Positions 10,622-21,675 of a stretch of DNA of 64,000 nucleotides are shown here, in pieces (position 1 is the stretch's first letter; each line of letters begins with the position of its first letter). Under the pieces are notes generated by a model. The model saw only the letters and a list, made by a program, of their open reading frames with translations. It was not told the DNA's origin and made no database searches. This stretch comes from Nemertoderma westbladi (taxonomy: Eukaryota; Animalia; Xenacoelomorpha). The stretch covers positions 1 to 64,000 of the forward strand of contig JAUCBJ010008647.1 in NCBI GenBank assembly GCA_032718475.1, written 5' to 3'. The translations under genes were made by a program, and so were the position numbers.

Positions 10622-13600
10622 TTAAATGGGTTTAGCATTGTCACCAATGTCTGCAGCAGGATTCTGAGTAGGGAACTTATCACCTCTCGTAGAGTCACCG
10701 CTGTCATTGCCTTCAAGAAGGCACAGCCTCTGGAAAGGGCGTTGGTAGTGGCCCTTTGCCGTTCGTATTGTCACAGTCCTCGCAAGTCCATCTTTGCTCG
10801 GGTGTATTGCCACGACTCCCGCCACAGGCCAGTGGACGCAGTCTTTGAGATCTTCTTTCACTAGCACCATGTCGCCAACCGCGACATTTCTATGGAGGGT
10901 TATGGATGGTTCTATGGATGGTCCAGAGGGTTATGAGGTACTCCTGGGCCCAGATTCTCCACCAATGCGCTGCCAACGCTTGGGCCTTCTTCCAATTGGT
11001 ATGTCTCGCGATATCGTTGGGATCCGGAAACATCGTCTCTGGAAGAATATGGGTCTTGGGTCTTCCCAGTAGGTGGTTAGGAGTGAGGGGCTCCAAATCT
11101 GTGGGGTCGTCGCGGATAGGGACGATGGGCCGGTTGTTCAGGGTAGCCGTGATCTCGCAGAACGTTGTGCGGAGGGTGTCATGGGTTACCCGGGTGTCTC
11201 CTAATGCATTGCGCATGGATCGTTTTACTAAGTCGATGAGCTTCTCCCATAACCCGCTCGTATGTGGTGCTAAGGGTGTTTGGAAGTGCCACTGTATATG
11301 GTGGTCCCTCCAGACTTGGGATGCGGTGTCCTCAGTAAACCAGCCCTCAATCGCCTCTCTAAGTTCTCTTTCTCTTCCCACGAAGTTTGTACCATTATCG
11401 GAGTACATATGACGACATGTCCCATTGTTCGCCACGAACCGACGCAGGGCGTTGATGAATGCGTGTTGCGTAAGGTTCACCACGATGTCTAGGTAGATTG
11501 CCCTAGACCTAAGGCAGGTAAAGATGGCTCCCCAGCATTTGATATTGTATCATCGCTCGATGACCGTGAATGGTCCGAAACAGTCTACTCCGGTTACATA
11601 GAACGGTGGGGAATCGGACTGTAGACGTGTGGCTGGTAAGCCACACTTCAGTTAACACTTTCTGGATCAGTGGCTGGATGAGGGTGATCCAATATCTTTG
11701 TCGTATATTAGCTATAATCCAGTTCTGTCCCGCGTGGTGGTTTTCCTCATGACACTGTTGGATTAATAGCTTGGCTAGTGTCGACGTTCTGGGCAGAAGC
11801 GCTGGGTATTTGACCTCGTATTCAACTGCGGCGTTTGCCATCCGGGTATTCAGTCGAATCAATCCGTCCTCTCCCATCATTGGTCTCAATTGATAGACTG
11901 GACTGTCCGGTTTTAAGGTCTTGCCCGCACTGAGTTGTTCCCACTCATCGGGGAAACTTTCTCTCTGGACATATCTAACAATACACTTCTCCGCGATAAT
12001 GAGTTCCTGTATACTTTGTTGAACTATCGGTTTGTTGTCTTTCCACCGTAGGAAGTTGCGAAGGGTTATGATGTGGTGGATGAGATGTCTCATTGATGAG
12101 TTTCGCTCGATCAATAGTTGTAAAGACGCCGCTGGTTGAGTGATCGTCGTGACGTTATAGTGCCTGCCCGAGTCCTTTGCAGGCTCGGTCAGACAACTAT
12201 AGATCTCCACTGTGGCGCTTCAATGGACTTTGCGGATTTCCTTGTCGTCTTTGGAGTATTTTCCGCTATCGAGTTCGGGATCGAATCGGGTACTCCAGGT
12301 TAATTGTGGCTGCTGTAGGAATTCCGGACCGGTGAGCCAGAGTTTACTTTTACCGAGTTGTTTTGGGATGGCGCCTCTGCTTGATAAGTCCGCTGGATTT
12401 TCTTTCCCATTTACATGGTGCCACTGTTCTCGGCCGGTGCATTGTTTTATCTCCGTGGCTCGGTTCACTACAAACGTGGTGTGACGCCGTGATGGTGAGT
12501 GGAGGTAGTAGAGAACGATACTCGAATCGACCCAGAAATGTTGAGATTCGATGGGGATTCGTATGTTCCGCATGACCATGCGGTTCTGTCTCACTGCCCA
12601 AACTGCGGCCTGTAGCTCAAGTCTCGGAATCGTCGCTACGAATTTCCCTGGATACTGTCTTAGCTTTAGAAAATAAGAAGCTCGTATCGCCGTTTCCATC
12701 TTGACTTAGTCTTCTTAAGAAAGTGACTACGCCAATTCCGGTATTCGAAGCATCCGAGAAGGTATGGAGCTGGAAGATATCCGTGGGTAGTTTATCGAGG
12801 AAGAACGGTCGAGGGATCCGCATAAGATGTAGGTGTTCGAGCTGTTCCGTCCACTTTCTCCATTTGACACTGAGGTGTGGGGGGAGTTCTTCATCCCATC
12901 CCAGTCCTTCTATCCACATTTCCTTAATCAAATTCATTCCAGCCAAGGTTACCAGAGATATGAAATTTAGTGGGTCGAATATTGCACTTTTTATGGACAA
13001 ACATCCCCTTTTCGTCATGGGCTTGGGTAGGGGGTTATATTTGAAGATGAATTCATCCAATTCTATGTCCCATTCAATGCCGAGTACACGGTGGTCCACA
13101 TCCTCGGAATACATTTTATTGTTTTCCAGTCGAATTTCCTCCGGAAACTTTTCCATAAGTTTTTTGTCGTGGGATCTGAACTTCACGAGTGGAAAACCTC
13201 CTTTCTTTAAACATTCCACCATCCCCATTGCTAGCTGATATGCCTCGTCGACATTATCGGCGCCGGCGCATCCGTCATCTACGTAGAAGCATCGTCGGAT
13301 GGTTTCTATGACGGTTGGAGGGAACTCGTTTTCGCACATAGTCACCGTTTTCTTCAGCATGTCACTACATGCTACCAGCGAGTCCTTAGCGCCGAAGATC
13401 CTGACAATCATGCGCATTACCTCTACATCCTTCAATGTGAGCTGACTTATCTCCTGTGGAGTTAATGTTTTATCCGTCCATAATATACGCAGACAGTCTG
13501 AGTCTCTTGGTAGCGTTCGGACCTGGTGAAACATCGCTTTGATGTCGCATGTGAATGCTATCCGGTTTTCCCTGAACCTGATCAACACGCCAATGAGTGT

Positions 13601-14335
13601 ACTGTATATGTTGGGCCCTGTATAAAGTTGGCTGTTCAGGGATTCGCCTTGATACATAGCGGCGGCATCATTGACTACTCGGATTTTACCACCCTTCCGG
13701 GCTTCTACCACATAGTGGGTTGGGAGATAATATGTTCTTTTACCCCCTTGCAGTTCATTCCGGGGTACCATTTCCGCTAATCCATCTTCTAGGTATCCTT
13801 TGATTACATTATTATATTTCTCCTTTATCTCGGGTTGTTCATTCAACCGGCGTAGGATCCCTTTAAGTCGCCTAAGGGCCATGTTGGCGTTATTCGCCAT
13901 TGGTTTATTTGGGTCTTTCCATAGCATGGGTGAACACCAATGTCCGTCTTTGAACGTGGCCTGATCAAGGATGTCAATACAATATTGATCCTCCTCGGAC
14001 GGGTTCTCGTCCTTTTCCACAAACTCTTGGGTCTCTAGATTAAAGTATTTGGTCATCCCCTGCTGGGTTTTCTCGGTCTCAAGGAACAAATCCTTGTCAA
14101 GGTCTGTAGCTGAACAATAACCCACGGAGGTTGCGTTATCTTTAATCTGACATTTAGGAAGGTATGTATAGGTGTCTGTAGTCTCTTCCTTGATGCCGCA
14201 GAGTGTCCATCCCATGATTGTTCGTTCAGCGTAAAAGCCGTCATCCTGCTTTATAGATCGGGCGACATCTCCGGTGGGTATGTGTAATTCCGGTGTGTCA
14301 AGTCCGATCAATAGGGTGATGCGGTTTACGTCCAA
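10622..14335 (-). pseudogene. pol: Disrupted pol (RT, RNase H, integrase) in five or more fragments
   Basis: RT: CDIKAMFHQV and FYVDDG. RNase H: HTFSDAS, TIPRLELQAA, WVDS, NPADLSSRG. Integrase: CHEENHHAG, YSDNGTNFVG, GLWEKL, PLTPNHLL, RPFQRLCLL. Confidence 0.92.
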
Positions 14336-14352
14336 CGGCGGGCACCTTAGGT

Positions 14353-17226
14353 CTACATCATCTCACGTCTACATTCTTCTACATCTAACTGTATGAGAGG
14401 GGCATATTCGGCTGATTGTCGGAACCGCACTCGGAGATCGGTGTGTACCAAGGCGTTCTTGATTGTTAGCTTAACCGTCTCGTAGCCCTTCATGACTCCT
14501 TCCATTTGGAGCTGCACCTCCCCGGATTCTACTTCTCTATGGTCGGTGATAGTTTGTATGGGCCATTTGCAAGGTTCATAGTCTAGGCCGAGTTGTTCGA
14601 GGAAATCCCGGTCGATGATGGTTCCGTCCGACCCATTATCAAGGAACGCGAGCGTTGTCAAGGATTTCCCGACCCCTTGAATTCTTACTGGGATTACTTT
14701 GGCGAAGACCATGTAACGGCGATTTATAAGGTTGACCGTGGCCGATATATTTGTCACTTGTGATACATCGGTGGAGGTCTTAAACGGGTTGGTTTCCCTC
14801 CGTTGAATCGTCCGGGTTCCTTTAGAAACGTGGTTCGTTTCTCCTCTTCGTTTGGCTTCAATCCGAAAGGGGAGGGTGGTGAAGTCAAAGTTCGCGGGGA
14901 TGTGGAGGAGTGTGTGATGACGTAGGTCATTACAGACCGCACAGCACGATATTTGGTCGCAATCCCGAACATAGTGACCTGTTCCAAGACACCGGAAGCA
15001 TCCTCGGTGTTTCATTATCGCCTCAAAGCGTGGGACGAGTTCGGCAAACTGGAACTTCCTGCAGAATTCCACCTTATGTTTCTCTCCGCAGAAGAGACAG
15101 AGAAGAGAGTTTGTGATGCCTTCCCTTTCGGGTGCCCAATTCGCAAGATAACACGCCCATTCCTCGGCTGATGTCGGTTCCTCGTAGTCTTCGTCGTCGG
15201 AATCCCTGGCCATGGTGATAGCCATCGTACTCACCGGAGGTGGACGGAATCTCGGTTTCTGAGTGGGTGTCTTACTCCTGGAGTTGCTCTCTATTCCGTC
15301 TAACTTGGCGAGACTTTGTTTCGAGAACATAGAGTCATTCATGGCTTCGGAGATATCGTCCAGGAATGCCGACATTTCGAGGAAACTGGGATCTCGATCT
15401 GGGTGTCTGCGCCGGAGATCTACGCATTTATACGCCCACTTACTTTGCAGCCATCCGGGGAACTTTCGGGCGATCTGTCGGAGGTTTAGAATGTTGTTTA
15501 CTTGTTCCTCCTTATTTAATGGTTTTAGAGTGTAGTAGGCATCCTTCATGGAATCTGAGAATTCCTGGATATTCTGTGGGTCCCCTAGGGATCCCGCGTC
15601 CTGTATCAGTTTCTCGAGAGTTTTATTAATTATAGTCCCGATATTTCCGTATCTTTTATCTAGAGTTTTCCATGCGTCATAGTATGCTTCATGAGCTCCT
15701 CCCTCAAAGCATGCGATAATTCTGCGTGGTTTGTCACCCTGGTATTGGGATAAATATACTAGTTTTTGTGCGTCGGCTATGTCCGTTGACCCAATCTGCG
15801 CGAAAAACCGTTTCTTGAATCTGAGGTAATCGACGGGGTCTCCTTCGAAGGTGCGGATCTCCATCTTGGGCATGGCCAGTCGGTTTTCCAATGCCCGGAT
15901 AATGCCAACGTCGTCTGAACCGGAATGACTAGGAGGGTTATAGTTATTGGCACTCTCTCCCATACACGATGTATCGACGATAGTTTTAATGATGACGCGG
16001 TTACGGATTTGTGGTGTGGATGTAAACGGGTTGTTGGATTGAGGGGTAGCGTCCCGTTCCGAGTCCTTTTCAGGCTCGTACTTGGGAACGCTCGGGACCG
16101 TGGGGTTGGCTGGGAAATAAGGTTCCTCATTCTTAAGCGTAACCGGTGGGGGGTGGAATACCAGTGCTTGTGCCGATAACGTAGACTGTATGGTAGGCGG
16201 GAGCTCGGGTTTCGGAGGTTTCGCCGCCGGTGGTGTAAATGACTTCTCTATTTCCGGTATCGGGATTGGTTCATAGTTCTGTTCTATACCCCTTTCCCAG
16301 TCCTCGTATAGTTGAATATCCCGTTCTATAAGTGCGGCTTCGTATTCTGCGAGTTTCGCAATATCCGCATTCTTTTTATGGATGAGAATCGCTTGGGCCT
16401 CGGCGTATTGTTTACGCATTTCTGCCTCCCATTTACGTTGTTCGGTCTCCTGTTTGGCCTCTCGTCTACATTGTTCAGCCTCCTGTTCGCGTTGTTCGGC
16501 CTGCCGTTCGGCCTCTTGTTTGGCCTCTCGTCTACATTGTTCAACCTCCTGTTCGCGTTGTTCGGCCTGCCGTTCGGCCTCTTGTCTATGCTGTTCGGCC
16601 TCCTTTTCGGCCTCTCGTTTTTGCATTTCGGCTGCTAATACATCTTGCTCGACTCGCAGTTGAACATACTCATCTTCCATCCAAGCTTTGAGGGCCAATG
16701 CCTTCTGTTCTCGTAGCTGATCTCGGAGTGGCTGACCCCCTTGAGAACTGCGTGCTGAACCGGACCTCTCGCTCCTAGCGCTGGAATGCTGGTTCCTAGA
16801 GGACCCCGTTCTCTTTCGATGAATTGCTGTCCTGGTGCTGGAGGTTCGCACTGATTCTGAGTCTGTTCTTTCCGCTCTCTTATAGTACTGTTCCTCGTAG
16901 CCTCTCACGAGGCTGAGGGTCCTCCGGTGTTGTTTGCGGAATTCATCTAGATGTACAAAATGTTCTTCTAGTCTGGGGTAGTTTACCTGATCGATGGCGG
17001 GGATGAGTTCTTGATACGCCTGTATCATCCTCTCATATCGTTGTAAGATACTTCGGATATTCTGAAGCTGAGTTTGTATCTCGTTGAGGGGGGTTTCAAC
17101 TCTCTTGAGTTGTTTCTCTATACGCTGATACACTCGAGTGACTCCGCCTTTGAGAGCACCTAGTCGACGGGTCATGTTCTTGACATTCGGTACCTCGTTG
17201 GCTTCCGAGTCTGTGTGGGTGTCCAT
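14353..17226 (-). CDS. gag: Gag-protease part of the family B polyprotein
   Basis: FEGDPVDYLRF core; knuckles CLFCGEKHKVEFC, CFRCLGTGHYVRDC, CAVCNDLRHHTLLH; aspartic protease AFLDNGSDGT. Confidence 0.9.
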   Translation of the reverse strand: MDTHTDSEANEVPNVKNMTRRLGALKGGVTRVYQRIEKQLKRVETPLNEIQTQLQNIRSILQRYERMIQAYQELIPAIDQVNYPRLEEHFVHLDEFRKQHRRTLSLVRGYEEQYYKRAERTDSESVRTSSTRTAIHRKRTGSSRNQHSSARSERSGSARSSQGGQPLRDQLREQKALALKAWMEDEYVQLRVEQDVLAAEMQKREAEKEAEQHRQEAERQAEQREQEVEQCRREAKQEAERQAEQREQEAEQCRREAKQETEQRKWEAEMRKQYAEAQAILIHKKNADIAKLAEYEAALIERDIQLYEDWERGIEQNYEPIPIPEIEKSFTPPAAKPPKPELPPTIQSTLSAQALVFHPPPVTLKNEEPYFPANPTVPSVPKYEPEKDSERDATPQSNNPFTSTPQIRNRVIIKTIVDTSCMGESANNYNPPSHSGSDDVGIIRALENRLAMPKMEIRTFEGDPVDYLRFKKRFFAQIGSTDIADAQKLVYLSQYQGDKPRRIIACFEGGAHEAYYDAWKTLDKRYGNIGTIINKTLEKLIQDAGSLGDPQNIQEFSDSMKDAYYTLKPLNKEEQVNNILNLRQIARKFPGWLQSKWAYKCVDLRRRHPDRDPSFLEMSAFLDDISEAMNDSMFSKQSLAKLDGIESNSRSKTPTQKPRFRPPPVSTMAITMARDSDDEDYEEPTSAEEWACYLANWAPEREGITNSLLCLFCGEKHKVEFCRKFQFAELVPRFEAIMKHRGCFRCLGTGHYVRDCDQISCCAVCNDLRHHTLLHIPANFDFTTLPFRIEAKRRGETNHVSKGTRTIQRRETNPFKTSTDVSQVTNISATVNLINRRYMVFAKVIPVRIQGVGKSLTTLAFLDNGSDGTIIDRDFLEQLGLDYEPCKWPIQTITDHREVESGEVQLQMEGVMKGYETVKLTIKNALVHTDLRVRFRQSAEYAPLIQLDVEECRREMM

Positions 17227-18049
17227 CTCGTCGGTGTCGTCATTCTAGCGCATCGTTGATAGCTAGATATGCGATGTCGTAAAATAGTTCTTCGTAGCTC
17301 TCGTACTCGGCTTGGACTACCCGAACGGTAATCCTGAATCGTCCAATGTTCGTTCCTTGTACTTCAACCTCGACGTGCCAGATTCCTGGCTCAACTTGGA
17401 TTATGTCAATAGGTGTGATCGATACTTCCATTCCCTGTTAACGACTCTCTATATGTGATCTGCCGACTACGAGTTTATTAGATCGAGTTTGTCTATTGAT
17501 TAAACCACGGCTTTGTCTTAACTCAAATACCAGAGTTTCCTCGTAGTGGGTGCTGGGTAAGCACGGAGAGAGTTTGAAGAGTATTGTAGGATTCCCAACT
17601 TCCACCAGTTGAAGTTGGCCGCATCTTATTCTCAATTTTGACAGCCCGTCAAAATTGATCCACCTATTCTCAATTTTGTTGCCGTTATTCCCGACACCAT
17701 GGGGGAAAACGCCGATGCTGGAGGCGGAACTTTTCAGACCACGGAATCCCGGCCAGTCACCGGATATTGATTGTGGAGAAGGAATACGTTCTTAAATGCA
17801 AGATTGCGGTTGAGGAAAAGTTTCATTGGTTGGATATACTATTTAATGTAACTTCCCTACAGTTGAACCTTGATTGAGAATAAGTTGGGCTTCCCCAAAT
17901 CAATATACACCAAATATTCACAATAATATAACACGACAATATAAATCCCTACAGTATATTATTTAATTACCCATTGTTCGCTCAGATTTTAGCCTAACTA
18001 ATGTTCCCCGATTTTCCCTCGGTCCTAGTCTTGGTGCCGTAGTGTCGGT

Positions 18050-18720
18050 GTTGGTCGACCCTGTTGCGTGTCCGTCCCACCCTTCCCGAACCCCGAAGGG
18101 ATCGGTCATCAGGAACCAGGATGGCTTGGCTAAGGGTCGGTCCAGTTGGTGGACCCTGTCGCGTATCCGTACCACCTCTCCCGAACCCCAAAGGGATCGG
18201 TCATTGGGAACCAGTACGGCTTGGCTAGGGGTTTGTCATGTCGGTGGACCCGTTCGCGTGTCTGTACCACCCCTCCCGAACCCCGAAGGGATCGATCATC
18301 GAGAACCAGTACGGCTTGGCTAGGGGTCCGTCGGTTCATCGCAGAGACCCATCCACCTAGGCTTTCCGAGTCCTTATTCAGGCTCGTAGTCACTTCGGTA
18401 GCCGAGAAACTGCTCCGAACAGTCGGTAGGCCAGTAGAGTCCAGTCCTTTGTCTTTCGACCCCGTTGCGTGTCCGTCCCACCCCTCCCGAACCCCGAAGG
18501 GATCGATCATCGAGAACCAGTACGGCTTGGCAAGGGGTCTGTCAGCCCGTTGTGAGCCCTAACGGTTGGTGGTTTTCCGAGTCCTTATTCAGGCTCGTAC
18601 TAACGCCGGTCGTGGAACCCACTCCAGGAAGGCAGTCCTCGTCGAACTCTTCCTCTGTTAGTCGGTCGACCCATTCGCGTGTCCGTACCACCCGACGGCT
18701 TGGCTAGGGGTCTGTCGTCG
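18050..18720 (-). repeat. 95-bp repeats (4 full, 1 partial) in the family B leader
   Basis: Copies at about 18057, 18152, 18247, 18458 and 18668. Confidence 0.85.
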
Positions 18721-18937
18721 TTTCCCGTCGCAAATCCCTGACACAAGCAGCAGACTTTCTGATGTCCTTTTCAGGCTCGTAATAACTGCTGTTGGCCAGG
18801 GACCGCTAAGGGCAGTCCTTGTCCTTTAGACCTAGCGAGTTACCAAATCCACCTCTACAGGCAGCAGGAAGTTGGCTAGGCCTAATAGTAGTCAGGTAAA
18901 CCTGAATACTGCTTAACTTTTCCTTCCCCCCCTGGCC

Positions 18938-18945
18938 CTTATATA
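18938..18945 (-). promoter_or_regulatory. TATA box of the family B LTR
   Basis: TATATAAG about 180 bp inside the element start, in a GC-rich context. Confidence 0.5.
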
Positions 18946-19124
18946 CATGAAATGAGTCCCGTACCCCGTAAGTCGCCCCAATGTTCGCCCATAAATCGCC
19001 CCCAGTCCATCGAGTGTGCCCAAATCCCATGTTCCCGCACCCAGTAGTGATATCGGAATAATCATTTTAAATAAATCCAAAAAATATTCAACTCGCGTTA
19101 GGAAAAGTTGAAATTCCGCGAACA

Positions 19125-20637
19125 TTAGTAATAATTAGTAAACAATAACAGACAGAAGGACAGTCACCTGTAATAATTAGTAAACAATAACCTATAATTA
19201 GTAAACAATAACCGATAGAAGGACAGTCACCTGTAATATTTAGTAAACAATAACCTATAATTAGTAAACAATAACCTACAGAAGGACAGTCACCTGTAAT
19301 AATTAGTAACCAATAACCTATAATTAGTAAACAATAACCGATAGAAGGACAGTCACCTGTAATATTTAGTAAACAAAAACCTATAATTAGTAAACAATAA
19401 CCGATAGAAGGACAGTCACCTGTAATAATTAGTAAACAATAACCTATAGAAGGACAGTCACCTGTAATAATTAGTACACAATAACAGACAGAAGGACAGT
19501 CACCTGTAATAATTAGTAAACAATAACCTATAATTAGTAAACAATAACCGATAGAAGGACAGTCACCTGTAATATTTAGTAAACAATAACCTATAATTAG
19601 TAAACAATAACCTACAGAAGGACAGTCAACTGTAATAATTAGTAAACAATAACCTATAATTAGTAAACAATAACCGATAGAAGGACAGTCACCTGTAATA
19701 TTTAGTAAACAAAAACCTATAATTAGTAAACAATAACAGACAGAAGGACAGTCACCTGTAATAAGTACTAAACAATAACCTATAATTAGTAAACAATAAC
19801 CTACAGAAGGACAGTCACCTGTAATAATTAGTAAACAATAACCTACAGAAGGACAGTCACCTGTAATAATTAGTAAACAATAACCTACAGAAGGCACGTC
19901 ACCTGTAATAATTAGTAAACAATAACCTACAGAAGGACAGTCACCTGTAATAATTAGTAAACAATAACCTACAGAAGGATAGTCACCTGTAATATTTTGT
20001 AAACAATAACCTATAATTAGTAAACAATAACCTACAGAAGGACAGTCACCTGTAATAATTAGTAAACAATAACCTACAGAAGGAGAGTCCCCTGTAATAA
20101 TTTGTAAACAATAACCTACAGAAGGACAGTCACCTGTACTAATTAGTAAACAATAACAGACAGAAGGACAGTCACCTGTAATAATTAGTAAACAATAACC
20201 TATAATTAGTAAACAATAACAGACAGAAAGACAGTCACCTGTAATAATTAGTAAACAATAACCTACAGAAGTACAGTCACCTGTAATAATTAGTAAATAA
20301 TAACAGACAGAAAGACAGTCACCTGTAATAATTAGTAAACAATAACAGACAGAAGGACGTCACCTGTAATAATTAGTAAACAATAACAGACAGAAGGACA
20401 GTCACCTGTAATAATTAGTAAATAATAACAGACAGAAGGACAGTCACCTGTAATAATTAGTAAACAATAACAGACTGAAGGACAGTCACCTGTAATAATT
20501 AGTAAACAATAACAGACAGAAAGACAGTCACCTGTAATAATTAGTAAACAATAACCTACAGAAGTACAGTCACCTGTAATAATTAGCAAATAATAACAGA
20601 CAGAAAGACAGTCACCTGTAATAATTAGTAAACAATA
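19125..20637. repeat. 42-bp satellite block with 21-bp half units
   Basis: Same unit; half unit ACCTATAATTAGTAAACAATA. Confidence 0.97.
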
Positions 20638-21675
20638 CTACTAGGATCGGCATGCTGCATTGCAGCTGCATTTTTAAGAATGCTGTGCCGGCTTGTCAAC
20701 AAAATTGCACCGCCACAACTCCCTATCACCCATGACATTTGCTAGATCATCCGCATCTTTAAGGCCAGTGTCCTTTAAGATGCGTCTCAAGAAAGTCATG
20801 GGCTGTCCACCATGCTTATTCACTCCATGAGGCTGCCCATGCCTTTCCCTTACGTATTCGAAGGTCCTCACCTGACTTCCGGATCCATGATCCCAGGTAA
20901 CAGAAGTCGTCCACATGCTCAAGCATACCATCCTTTGAGCTTATGCTCATCCGATCAGAGACTTGCTGAGGACTTTCAAAGTTAACTGTCAGAATTTTGG
21001 TCTTTCTGGAGTTAATAAAAAGACCAACACTAGAAGCAGCATGTTCTAGTGAGCTGAGGAGCCGTTGGGCTCCCTCTAATGATTCTGAGAGTACTCCTAA
21101 GTCATCAGCAAAATCTAGATCAGTTAGGTACTTGGCAGGATTTCCTCAACTTCTGGAGCCAGTAGGTGGAGTTATCATCACCCCATCATCATTATAATGA
21201 TCTAAGGACATGCGTAGAACATAGTCAACCACAATAATGAACAAGAATGGTGCAAGTGTGTCTCCTTGGAGGACGCCCCATAACACTTCAAATGGTTCTG
21301 TGTCACCGTCAACAGTAGATACAAATGTTGTCGAACCATGGTATACTGATCTGATTGCTGCAATAATTTCATCAGGAATCCCATATAATGAAAGTATGCT
21401 GAACATACGTGAGCGAGAGACTGAATCAAAGGCCTTGAAGAAGTCAACAAAGATAACAGCCAGATGCCTGTCTTTCTATTTTGATAACTCTTCAATTATC
21501 CTTCTAAGTGCCAAAATGGGCTCCATGGTCCCACGACCTTTACGGAACCCATTCTGATTTCCACGGAGCAGTCTCTCAATGGGATCTCTGATGCGATTAA
21601 ATAGAATCCTATTGTATAGCTTTGCAGCAATCGAGATCAATGAGATTCCCCGAAAAGAACCATAGAGTGTCATAG
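20638..21675 (-). mobile_element. 5'-truncated, degenerate non-LTR retrotransposon (RTE-like LINE) RT fragment
   Basis: RGISLISIAAKLYNRIL, QNGFRKGRG, VDFFKAFDSV, GVLQGDTLAPFLF, LDFADDL; short (TAG)n tail; target duplication AGTAAACAATA at 20627-20637 and 21676-21686. Confidence 0.88.

Larger units (their letters stand above)
10355..19124 (-). mobile_element. BEL/Pao LTR retrotransposon, family B; degenerate, 3' LTR missing
   Basis: Gag-PR-RT-RNaseH-IN order with BEL motifs; starts TGTTCGCGG at 19124 against the satellite; several frameshifts and stops. Confidence 0.92.
17975..19124 (-). repeat. Putative 5' LTR of the family B element (inner boundary uncertain)
   Basis: 7-bp terminal inverted repeat TGTTCGC...GCGAACA followed by A-TGG; TATATAAG at 18938-18945. 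No second LTR available to confirm. Confidence 0.45.

Noticed and set aside
17685-17701. CA-TGGTGTCGGG as LTR end plus PBS for family B
   Set aside because: No terminal inverted repeat match and no tRNA assignment possible; the 17975 boundary fits better, though neither is proven.
18075-18125. Hammerhead ribozyme-like core (CUGAUGA-stem-GAAG) on the minus strand
   Set aside because: GAAG instead of GAAA, no room for stem I, and the other repeat copies have CCAAUGA or UCGAUGA.
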